A DNA stretch of 40,046 nt, from positions 1 to 40,046 of the forward strand of contig JYFJ02003584.1 in NCBI GenBank assembly GCA_000934665.2, read 5' to 3'. Of this stretch, positions 11,969-22,344 are shown piece after piece. Source of the stretch: Catajapyx aquilonaris. Taxonomy: Eukaryota. Within the stretch, counting starts at the first letter, position 1. Every line of letters begins with the position of its first letter. The position numbers and the translations under genes were made by a program. The notes beneath the pieces are model-generated. The model was not told the DNA's origin. It did not search any database and saw only the letters and a list, made by a program, of their open reading frames with translations.

Positions 11969-12537
11969 GTTGTCATTAACGTAGTATAAAAATCTCCGTA
12001 ACGATAACAAACGGACTCTGGCTTAATTAAATCGCGAGGAGAAAATTGGGTAACACCCTTCTGCAGGTCTAACCTACTGCGAATGTTTATTCCCGAAGTC
12101 ACGGTAACCGACAATTGATTGTCGTATTGTTCTGTAAACACTGGCCAAAGTTAAAGAGTTGTTGCAGATCAAACGAGTCAGCCGACCGAACGAAAGCAAG
12201 CGACGCTTTTCACATGTGTCGCGTACCATAACAATGAGAATTAAAATGTATTACATTCTGTGAAACGTAACCAATGCAGATGAGTTCAACCAAGTATATT
12301 TTGCACATGATTTACAAAGGTTGATCCGAAAGAAGCGGATCGGACTCGGGAGAAACTCAAACACATGATCCGTGGTGTGCGAAAAACTGAATATTACTCT
12401 ATACCACAATAATTATTATGGGAAAAAGTTTGTCCTCGAAAGTGAGACGTAAAAATAGACAAGCACAAGTGACGTGAAAAATGTTCAGGGTTTTTGAATA
12501 AGTCCTCGAGTCGAACAAACACTCATGTTCACTGTTT

Positions 12538-14149
12538 TCATATCTGGATCGTCGTTTGAGGATTCACGTTTTGAATTAAAGTGATGTTGTCGCCCTTCAG
12601 CATGATGCGACCTGAAAAATTAAATTAGAATAATTAGTGTCAGTGGCAATCAGTAAATCGCAAGCTTCGGTACAAAAAAAAAACAAATTGCAATTAGATA
12701 ATCAAAGTTGTTAATTGAAATCTGAATCTGCGTTTCTCGTAATAAATAAACGCAATTTTCACAAAAACATTAATCGCACCTTCGGAACGATAAAAATGAC
12801 AATGAGTAAACATCACATCAGGGAGCATATACTGTACATAAGAGGCGCAAACTTCTGCCGGCGCCTTTGATGTTCGCGTCTCTCTGTTTGGGGCCGTTGC
12901 CACGGCTGGGGGCCATCTTGAAGTGTGTGGAACGCCAACGAGGTATAAATAGGGTACAGGCAAAAATAGGGTCCGCCATCTTTGATGGTTTTGCCAGCCA
13001 TGGCAACTGCACGGCAAGAACACGCGAAAAGATGGCGGACCCTATTTTTGCCTGTACCCTATTTACACCTCATTGGCGTTCCCCACACTTCAAGATGGCC
13101 CCCAGCCGTGGCAACGGCCCCAAACAGAGAGACGCGGAAATCGAATGTTTGGGCCTCTTATGAAGTATTATGCTCCCTGGTCAGATGTCAATTCCAATTT
13201 GAACCTGCATTTCTCTTAATAAATCCAGATAATTAAAAATCTGCAATCCTTTGGGGGGAAAAAAATCACACTTACAGTACCATAAAAAAATGCCAATTAA
13301 TTTAAAAAAAATACAATTTGAACCTGCATGTCTCAAAATAAGTAATGCAATTTAAAGACTGTGATTCATTGTAAAAAAACCTCAGCAGCAAGTCATGGAA
13401 ATAATTAGCCTCAGTGAACGTAAATTACATGTTAACCACTTTATTAAATATTATTGAAATTATGGGAGGCGAAGTGGTGCTGCGGTAACGTATGCGACCA
13501 CGGATGTTAAGGTCCCGGGTTCGATCCCAGCCCGGGGACGCCCCCTTCATCACGTGCAGAGTTTGGGTCATCTCTGGCTTCGTCTCGGGTGGCATTTCCG
13601 AAAGACTACGCCACCCGGGGGAGTTCACAAAATGTACCACATGAGACATTGCACTTGCCCTTCGCACATCCCCTCCTGTCATCCCCTATCGCTCTCGGTA
13701 CCCGGGCGTACAGAAAAGGACCCTAGCTGTACACCTAAAAGCGAAATAAAGGTATCGTGCCAGATGGCCTCAATGGGCAGTGCACTAACCCCAATTATTA
13801 TTATATTATTATTATTGAAATGGGAGACGGAGTGGTGCTGCGGTAACGTACGCGCCCACGGATGTTAAGGTCCCGGGTTCGATCCGGGCCTGGGAACACC
13901 CCCTTCATCTCGTGCAGAGGTCATTGGGTCACCTCTGGCTTCGTCTCGGGTGGTATTTCCTACAGACTAAACCACCCGGGGGAGTTCACTAAAAATGGCC
14001 ACATAAAGACATCGCACTGCACCTTGCACATCCCCTCCTGTCATCCTGCCCGTGGGCCCGGGTGATACGTATAAAGGTTCCAATGTATGTATGAGTATAA
14101 AATAAAGGTCCGTGCTATATACCTCCGGCTGAGGTCAAGCACTACCCGG

Positions 14150-14201
<52 letters not shown>

Positions 14202-14973
14202 TATTATTGAAATTATTCAATTCGCTACAAAACATTCAGGATTACTTTTATTATTCGTATTACGGCCGCATTTACATGTGAGCAATTTGATCAGCGATGA
14301 GTATTAAAATCAATTGTTTATTATTCGATATTACGGCCGCATTTACATGAGAGCGATTTCATCAGCGATGAGCATTAAAATCAATTGTTTATGGTGAAAA
14401 AACATGGTTTTCGCTATTACTTTATCGATATTCTAAGATTTTCATATTTCCCAGAATATCTCTTTGTCGCTTTCGGAACCGGCATTACTATTAATGCTTA
14501 TATATATATATATATTTTGTACCACATTTTGAATGTAAAGTAATGCTCGTACCGATATGCTTCCTGGCCTTGGACTTCATCTGCACCTCCTCGGAGTCGT
14601 CCAGCACGATGTTCATGTACTCATCGAAGCCAACGATGTGTCCCTCCAGACGCATGTTCACGTTCTCATACAGCCAGACCTGGACCCTCGACCGGTTTTG
14701 CAGGTAACGGAAGATCAGGTTCTGAACAACACGTTACGAGTCAAGGGGAAATATGCCCTCTACAGTACCAACAATAATAATGCCCTGGTCAATAATTACA
14801 GTGTACCAACAATAATTACTGTACTTTTTGACTGCAATTAGTTCCATTCTGGAAAAAATGGTGATTAGTACATTTTACATCGAAATATTGTTTTGCTCCA
14901 CACTACATCTTAAAAAGGATACGATCGGCTGCACCATGACCTTCTGCACTTTCTGGGGTCCTTTGTACGCCAT
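12538..14973 (-). CDS. SNRPE: Small nuclear ribonucleoprotein E (SmE); exons 14973-14923, 14721-14553, 12611-12538
   Basis: [36 protein letters not shown]...[12 protein letters not shown]...[14 protein letters not shown]. Missed by the ORF track because the exons are short. Confidence 0.97.
12819..13179. mobile_element. hAT-like fold-back MITE, copy 1 (SmE intron 2)
   Basis: CAGGGAGCAT...ATGCTCCCTG termini with long inverted arms; same family as 20815-21148. Confidence 0.88.
13464..13815 (+). mobile_element. tRNA-derived SINE, copy 1
   Basis: A-box-like TGGTGCTGCGG, B-box GGTTCGATCC, body shared with the next copy, (ATT)n tail. Confidence 0.85.
13822..14205 (+). mobile_element. tRNA-derived SINE, copy 2
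   Basis: Same head (TGGTGCTGCGG, GGTTCGATCC) and body; different 3' segment; long (ATT)n tail. Confidence 0.85.
14248..14392. repeat. ~72-bp tandem duplication containing a GGCCGCATTTACATG transposon-like terminus
   Basis: TATTACGGCCGCATTTACATG.GAGC.ATTT.ATCAGCGATGAG.ATTAAAATCAATTGTTTA occurs twice. Confidence 0.85.
14722..14922 (-). other. U12-type (minor spliceosome) GT-AG intron 1 of SmE
   Basis: 5' site GTATCCTTT; branch site TTCCCCTTGAC ~18 nt from the CAG; no polypyrimidine tract. Confidence 0.93.
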
Positions 14974-15248
14974 CTTCTCTTTCTTTCTTGGGGGGATTCG
15001 CCCTGCTGCCTCAAAATTTCAGAAAGAAAAAATCGAACGTGAATCGAACGTCGTCGAGAAGGAAAAATTTCCAAGATGGCGACCCGGCACAACGCCGCCC
15101 AAGATGCCAACAGAAAAATGTAATTATGATGGTCTGAATTTAAACGTAATTATAACTTAAAGTAGAATCCGCAACATAAATGAGCAACACTGTAATTATT
15201 ACACAGGTAAAAATTAAGTTGAAAAACAGACACAATGGCAACAGTGCG

Positions 15249-15326
15249 ATGACGTCACAACAACAGCGCGAATGACGTCACAACAGCTACAGAAGAATGA
15301 CGTCACAACAGTGCAATGACGTCACA
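15249..15326. promoter_or_regulatory. Four ATGACGTCACA (CRE-palindrome) repeats ~300 bp upstream of the SmE ATG
   Basis: TGACGTCA four times at ~20-25 bp spacing. Confidence 0.5.
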
Positions 15327-15589
15327 GATTCAAACAAATCCGCGCGAACATTTTTCAAACGACAATTTCAGAGCATTTGTCACCAAAATTAGTGCATTTT
15401 GCTGGCATTTTGAGTCGCCTTGATTAAAATAGTGTGTTCCAGAGACCTACCTGTATATGGTCAAGATTCCGGCTGCTGTGCCGCTGCTGTTGGTGTGAAA
15501 ATAAACCAAAAAAAGAGATTATAATTAGCTGCAAATTGTAAATTTATTATTAACGTACACAGCAGGCTCGTGATCGACTTGAGATTCAT

Positions 15590-17806
15590 TTACACCATCC
15601 TGGCTAGCCCATCCAGCATTGTCCTGAGCCGACCGAAGCTTTCCTGCTCGCCGGGGTCCAGCCTACAGATGCGGATAACAAAGGCAACGGGAGGCTCGCA
15701 GCTCCTCGCTAATGAAATCACAGCTTGCCGCAGCTCGCCTGTGATGGCACGCACCAAGTGGTCACAGATGCGTCTGAATAAGGCTGCTTCAGCCTCATGC
15801 TTACCGGCCGGACAAACCAGAAGAAGCACGACCTTCTTGATCAGCTGGAATAGTGCGGAGCAAACCAGCCGCAAGTACGTCAGCATCCGCCGCATCTTCC
15901 GGACGCTGCTTGCCATACAAAGATCCTCAGCAGACTCCCATCCGCGCCAGTTACTCTGCGTCACCTTCTCCGCACTGGTGTGGATCAGCGACTGGTACAC
16001 CTCCAGCTTGGCCTGGCATCTACGGAAGTCAATCCATACCGGGGTGACCGTCGTCGGCTTGTGCACGAGGCGACTCACAGAATCCTGCGGACAGATATAA
16101 AATTCAATAATTTCCAACCATAGCTCAACGTAGCTACACCCAGTGTTCAATAAGGGTGCGGCTAAATACAGCATGAATAAAACCCAGTGCGTCAGGACAT
16201 GTCGCCGGTACAAGATGTGTTTTGGTCCTTTGCGCCGCTGGCTACATCTTCGGCTGTGTTCGGACTGTGGACATGTCCGCTGTACCCTTCAGGACGCTGC
16301 AAGTATGCATCGTACTTGTGGACGAGCATCGTAAATGCATCCGGTCTCTTCATTGGGGTGTGGGCCAGGCTGTGGACGCTCATGTATAACCAGGAGTACG
16401 ACATGTACTACTTCTCGTCACGAACCGACGAGAACGTAGGAGTGTACGTGTACACAGCCACGTACCTCCTCGCATTATTGGGCTTACTGGTGCACGTTCC
16501 GCGACTGAAGCGAATCAGACGCATACTCGAGACCCTCCACGAGTTTGACGCAACATTCCCGTCGCTAGAAGTCAACCACAGCGTCAGGAAAGTGTCGCTG
16601 AAAATTGTCGCAATCAGTTTCATTGCCTCTGCTGCGTTGACAGGTGCCAATATTTACTTGGCCGTAACCAGGATGAAGCGCATACCGCACGCATCGGCTG
16701 GTCTCTTCCAGCTATTCACAGTGCGCAATTTGCTGGCAGCACAATTGCTGTTTTTTGCATCCGCAATTGGGCACAGGTTCGACCTAGTTGGCCTGCAGAT
16801 CAAAGCGACTTGCGCTGGGCTGCGGAAGGTTTTTGGGCAGCCCGACGCCAAGCCCCATGTGGGTCAGCCTGACCTGTCCGCATCAGGCGCAGCATATCTG
16901 GAGCTGTGCGGTATGACCTCAGAGGTCAACAAAGTGTTTGGACTCACAGCGTGCATGACGTACTTGACCTTCCTGCTTGAAACGGTAATGTCGTCGTTCT
17001 CAACCATTGATTCATGGGGATCTATGAGCACCGCAGTTGCAGTAATCGCAATCACAGTTATCCTCTGCAACGTCGCATTTCTCATCTGGTACACCTGCGT
17101 AATTGCCAGCCACAGCGATAAGGTACGTACCATGCCATCAATTTGAGAGTGTGAAGAAGCGCAATTAATAATTTTGCTGTTAGGCCACCAGCTTCTTCGA
17201 CGACTTGATACAAATCCGCAAGCTGAACCTGACCCCAGAATTTCAAGAGCAGGTCAGAGGTCGCCGCCAATTAATTTGCCCACTATGACGACACATGTTT
17301 GCTTCCCGCAGGTGCAGACGTTGGTACAGAAAATGAGCGGACCTCCCGTTCAGTTTGCGGCCGCTGATTTCTTCCCTCTGAACCGCAGGCTACTCGCATC
17401 GGTAAGCGTTACGTTCAATGACATGTTCATAGATTAATACTACAATTGATGTTTCAGATCGCAGCCATTGCTACGACCTATTTGGTCATACTCGTCCAGT
17501 TCAGCTCCGCAGAGCAACAGGAACTCCGACCAGGCTTGAATAATTCTAGATAAACACAATTAGTGAGATTAAACTGCGCGACAACAGGACAAGACCATTA
17601 CAACGATTAAAGCTGTCAGCCTGCAAAATATTGGAAAATTGATTATTATGCGCACATTAATCTACTTTCTTTTTCCTCGTACTATAAGTGCTTCAACTCA
17701 CCAAGTCGTCATCTATCGTCTGGAAGATCCTTTCCAACACTCTAACGTGGCATCCGACATCCCGCATGTGGCCCTCCCATTTGGAGTGGACATCACTGCT
17801 CATCAT
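15590..17806 (-). CDS. Orphan protein, family member 2 (~199 aa); exons 17806-17702 and 16084-15590; its intron hosts the GR gene
   Basis: MMSSDVHSKWEGHMRDVG...IDDDL|gtgagt...ccgcag|DSVSRLVHKP. Both exon lengths are multiples of 3; AATAAA on the - strand at ~15543. Confidence 0.78.
16199..17553 (+). CDS. Gustatory receptor (7tm_7 family); exons 16199-17122, 17184-17252, 17312-17401, 17458-17553
   Basis: Multi-TM long first exon, VNKVFG, FAAADFFPLNRRLL, TYLVILVQF signature, and three C-terminal phase-0 introns typical of arthropod GRs. Confidence 0.93.
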
Positions 17807-17982
17807 GTTGACCTTCTATCGTGTGTACTGAGCCAACAATTGTAACTCATTGCAACCATAGCAACAATGCAATTATAGCACGGAGGACTCTGCATATTTA
17901 CAACTTTATTGTCTTTCAACGATGACATCCAGTTTGTTTTTGTTTGGACAATTTCTTTGGTTTAGTACTGGATGGCTTCGTC

Positions 17983-18727
17983 TCAGGGCGAACTGAAGCA
18001 TCCGTCGGGATCTCCTTCGCATCCGAGCTTCAGAAAGAAGTTGGTTATCCCTTCAAACGTGGCCACATTTCTGCTGAGTTCCGCTTCCTTCTCGGGATCC
18101 AGCTTCACGGTGGTCGACACGAAGCTCCAGACCCGTGCGAGTATCTTTGCAAGTCCGCCCAGCCCCTGGATAATCTTGGTTTCGAACCGCTGCACCAACT
18201 CATCGCATGCGCACGACAGGGCAGGCACTTCCTTCACATTCCTCTGCTGAAGCATGTTCAGCAAAGCCATCAGCCTCTTCCCGGTGTTATCGAAGCAGTT
18301 GCAAATGTCCGTCACCATCTGGAAGATCCCGTTCAGCCGCTCCACTTCGGATAACAAAAACCCATCGAATTCAGGCTCCTTCAACATTGCCATATTGTCT
18401 CCACTCCCGGCAACGTCCTCTGCAGACATGTGCACCACATCAAGCGCACTCCGCTGCTCCTTCATCTTCTCCTGGGCCGCACGGAACGCCACCAACTCCT
18501 GCGCTTGGTATCCAATCTTCGGCACGACCTTATTACTCAACGTCCCGTTAATCAACTCCTGCAATAATTATACCTAATTAATAATTGCCTAATTAATCCA
18601 CACACTAATTATTTACCAGCACATTATCCAGCTCCTTGTAACCACCTTTGACCCACACCATATACGCATCAACCCTACGCATATGTATCTCCCAATCGGA
18701 CTGTATCTTGCTCCGTGCACTCGCCAT
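17983..18727 (-). CDS. Orphan protein, family member 3 (~228 aa); exons 18727-18617, 18558-17983
   Basis: MASARSKIQSDWEIHMRRV...LDNVL|ELINGTL; 58-nt phase-0 GT-AG intron; AATAAA on the - strand at ~17905. Confidence 0.8.
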
Positions 18728-18859
18728 GTTCCACTCCTCTTTAATTACTCTGCAACAATTAAAATCAATTAAAAACCATGGCAGCAGCATTATTTTGTTT
18801 TAAAAAAAGGGCGGGCTCACTGTTGGCTCCACTGCGGATGTTGGCCACCCTGCGCAATC

Positions 18860-19585
18860 CGGCCGCCATCTTGCTGCTCGTAAGTGTTGCCAACAGTGGC
18901 GGCCGCCATCTTGCTGCTCTCAATTGTTGCCAACAGCGGCGGCCGCCATCTTGCTGCACTCTAAGAAATGTCCGGGTTAAATGTATTTATCCCGGAAAAA
19001 AGATCACTTTTGACATGGTTATTTAACCCGGACATTTCCTAGTCATGGTTATTTAACCCGGACATTTGTTAGAAAGAGTGTATACATTCTAATGTCCTGG
19101 TTAAATAACCATGACTAAGAAATGTCCAGGTTAAATAACCATGACTAAGAAATGTCCGGGTTAAATAACCATGACTAAGAAATGTCCAGGTTAAATAACC
19201 ATGACTAAGAAATGTCCAGGTTAAATAACCATGACTAAGAAATGTCCGGGTTAAACAACCATGACTAAGAAATGTCCGGGTTAAACAACCATGACTAAGA
19301 AACGTCCAGGTTAAATAATCATGACTAAAAATGTCCGGGTTAAATAACCATGACTAAGAAATGTCCGGGTTAAATAACCATGACAAAAGTGACCCGGACA
19401 TTTGTTAGAGTGTATACACTCTAATGTCCGGGTTAAATAACCATGACAAAAGTGATCTTTTTTCCGGGATAAATACATTTAACCCGGACATTTCTTAGAG
19501 TGTGTCCGCAATTGTTGCCAACAGTGACGGCCGCCATCTTGCTGCTCGTAATTGTTGCCAACAGTGGCGGCCGCCATGTTGGTGC
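18860..19585. repeat. ~40-bp tandem repeat (GGCCGCCATCTTGCTGCTC...TGTTGCCAACAG), ~5 units, split by an inserted element
   Basis: Units at 18860-18956 resume at ~19505-19585. Confidence 0.8.
18957..19502. mobile_element. Non-autonomous CAC-terminal (CMC/EnSpm-like) element with an internal 30-bp minisatellite, copy 1
   Basis: TIRs CACTCTAAGAAATGTCCGGG...CCCGGACATTTCTTAGAGTG; 2-bp TSD TG; about 10 copies of AAGAAATGTCC(A/G)GGTTAAATAACCATGACT. Confidence 0.9.
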
Positions 19586-19783
19586 TCGTGCCAAGTATTT
19601 CCTTCGTGAGCGGCGTGCAAAAAGGTCGATAGGCCGGTCGTCGTCGGCGGCGTGCCTCTCATTTTTTCCTACTTGTCATCTTTTTTTTTTGCAGTGCGCA
19701 CTGTACAGTACTTGGCATCTCAAGTACGGGGGTGCTGTACGGTGTGGCTTCAGATGCAGTGAAGGAAAAAGTGCCCGAGGAGG

Positions 19784-21841
19784 ATGTGCGTGGGTCCTTT
19801 CAAACGGGTCTGCCACTGGGGACCACTAATGGCCATTGGTAAAATAATAATAATAAAATTTTTGTTTGCAGCTGATCATCATACATGTAATGACTTATCA
19901 TCATTGCGCTTGCCAGAAAATGTTGTCATAATTTACTCATAATTGTATGAAGAGACTTAAGAAACGAGCAGTTGATCGCGGACACCGACTGGATAAGACG
20001 CTCATGACAATGGATAAGCCGCTCGTGTTCGTGCGATTACGGACTGTGCAAAACTCTGGAATTAAATGTACACTTCTGACGTACACTAATGACAGCATTT
20101 TAATTTCATTTACCGTAGGCATAATCAAGGCCATAAGCCTGGCGACCCTCCACTGCAGCTCCCAGTGGTGGCCTCCGTCCGGTCCCTTGGGGTCGCTCGG
20201 AGGTTTAATCAACATGGCCACGTTCTGCGTATGGAGCGGACTTACGCTGTACAACTACTTCTCCGCAATGCTGGAAGGACCTGGCTACCTTCCGCTTGGA
20301 TGGATGCCTTCCGAATGCCAGGACCAGGAGGAAGCCAAGAAGTACCTGCAGTATTGCCGCGATTGCAAGGGATTCAAGGTACTGCACCATGCTGAAAACA
20401 AGTGCGACTTTTAACGATTGCGGTTTCAGGCCCCTCGAGCGCACCACTGCCGCAAGTGCGCCAGATGCGTCCTGAAGATGGACCACCACTGTCCGTGGAT
20501 CAACAACTGCCTGGGCCACCACAACCACACCCATTTCGTGCTCTTCCTCTTCTTCGCCATCTGCGGGTCTCTCCAAGGAGCCGTCGTGTTGGGCTGCTCC
20601 ATGCTCCGGGCCCTCAACTGGTCCTGGTATTACCACTACGGGGACCCAAACGAGCCGCTAGTCTACATGAGTCCGATGACCTTCATCGGATGCGTCTTCA
20701 GCCTCGGGCTTGCCATAGGAGTCATGGTCACGCTCGGGATGCTCCTGGCCGTTCAGGTACATTAATCCGCAGACAGGCTTGTACGATAATGAACTTGTTT
20801 GTTGTTGACCAAAGCAGGGAGCATATACTGCATAAGAGGCGCAAACATTCGATTTCCGCGTCTCTCTGTTTGGGGCCGTTTCCAAGGCGGGTGGGGGCAA
20901 CGCCAATGAGGTATAAATAGGGTACAGGCAAAAAATAGGGTTCGCCATCTTTGATGTAGTTGCCATGGCCGCCAAAACCATCAAAGATGGCGGACCATAA
21001 TGTTGCCTGTACCCTATTTATACCTTATCGTTGGCGTTGCCCTCACTTCAAAATGGCCCCCAGCCTGGGCAACGGCCGCAAACAGAGAGACGCGGAAATC
21101 AGTGGCGCTGACCGAAGTTTGCGCCTCTTATGTAGTACCTGCTCCCTGACCAAAGTTACGCTGCTTTCCTTGATGCAGATAAAGGGGATCCTGCGCAATC
21201 GGACCATGCTGGAGGATTGGATCGTGGAAAAAGCCCGACAGCGCCGCCTGTGCTACCGGCAGCCGTCGGAGGTAGACGACGACTTCGTGTACCCGTACGA
21301 CCTCGGTTGGCGTCTCAATCTTGCGCAAGTGCTTAACAGAAGCTGCCAGCCGGTGGGCAACGGCATCAACTGGCAGCTAGTCGAAGGCTGCCAGTGGAAC
21401 ACCCTAACGATAGAGCAGATCAAACAGAAGGAGTTGAAGCGCATGCGGACTAGGCGGTACCTGTGCGTGGAGAATTACTCCGGGTCGTGGTTTCCGGTGA
21501 CTAAGGGGTTCAAAGTGTGCTGTAGGCCGCCATGCAGTGACGAGTCACGGATAGCACTGCAGAAGGAGGATCTAGTCGACGTCACCAGGTGGAAACCCTA
21601 TTGGTTGTACGGGGAAGTGGTTGGTGATGCGAATGGGAAGAGGCGAAGAGGGTGGTTCCCTAGAAGATGCGTGGTCGAGGTGGTAACAGCTCAGGAGGAA
21701 AGTCGGCCCATCAAGCGGAAAGGGGATGCTGCGGCCCAGGAAGACGGGACGCCAACCAGAAGAGGGGTTAAAGCAGAGGACAAAGCGACTAGTGCGACTG
21801 AACCTGTTGCGCAAGAAGCAGGGACCAAGAAGAGACTGTGA
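19784..21841 (+). CDS. ZDHHC6: Palmitoyltransferase ZDHHC6; exons 19784-19838, 20119-20378, 20430-20756, 21179-21841
   Basis: CHWGP N-terminus, [36 protein letters not shown], and a C-terminal SH3-like domain (WLYGE...RGWFPRRCV). Confidence 0.95.
20815..21148. mobile_element. hAT-like fold-back MITE, copy 2 (ZDHHC6 intron 3)
   Basis: CAGGGAGCA...TGCTCCCTG; flanking duplication ACCAAAG (GACCAAAG if the terminal G is counted). Confidence 0.9.
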
Positions 21842-22344
21842 ACCAAATTGTGATTCTTAATAATTCCACGCAAAAAAAAAAAGTGAGATCAAAACTTTGT
21901 AATGCTTAACATGTTTGGGTCATACACAAGCTTCCGAAGAGTAATTTATACTCTTATTGTATTGCGAGTCCAGCCATATTTAATCGTGCAGTGTACTTAA
22001 GGTAGCCATTGCACGGTACGACATGATATTACTTCCCACTGTAACGCTGCACTGGAGGTTGTGAAACAATGTTGAGGCCATAAATTCTAAACACTTGTCT
22101 TTGGCGCATGATTTTTCCCAATTACCCGTGTGTTGCAGCCGACAAATCGGGCCGCAACATAGGAACAAAATATTACAACAAGGCCGCGTTTGCATATAAG
22201 CGATTTGATGAAGCCGCTCATATGTGAACGCGGCTTAACACTTTCAATCACAATATTTCCAAGGCACAGCCGCCTTGTAACGATGCAAGGTACGTAATCT
22301 CTGAGCCTTAGTAGCACCGCAAACACCGTTTGTACTGAAAGGCA

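Noticed and set aside
12694..13236. Similar ORFs on both strands ([11 protein letters not shown]...), also at 20658-21178
   Set aside because: Products of the inverted arms of a MITE; the first ~73 aa of ORF 20960-21841 are intronic.
13464..13900. tRNA-like sequences
   Set aside because: A/B boxes run into a shared body and an (ATT)n tail with target duplications; these are SINE heads, and no convincing cloverleaf is evident.
16085..16213. N-terminal 43 aa of ORF 15590-16213
   Set aside because: Lies upstream of a strong CAG acceptor at 16085; the paralog-like exon at 17702-17806 is a better first exon.
19090..19385. Regular 30-bp repeats resembling a CRISPR array
   Set aside because: Head-to-tail with no unique spacers, no cas genes, inside a TIR element in eukaryotic DNA. 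The arrays at 9280 and 23688 likewise lack spacers.
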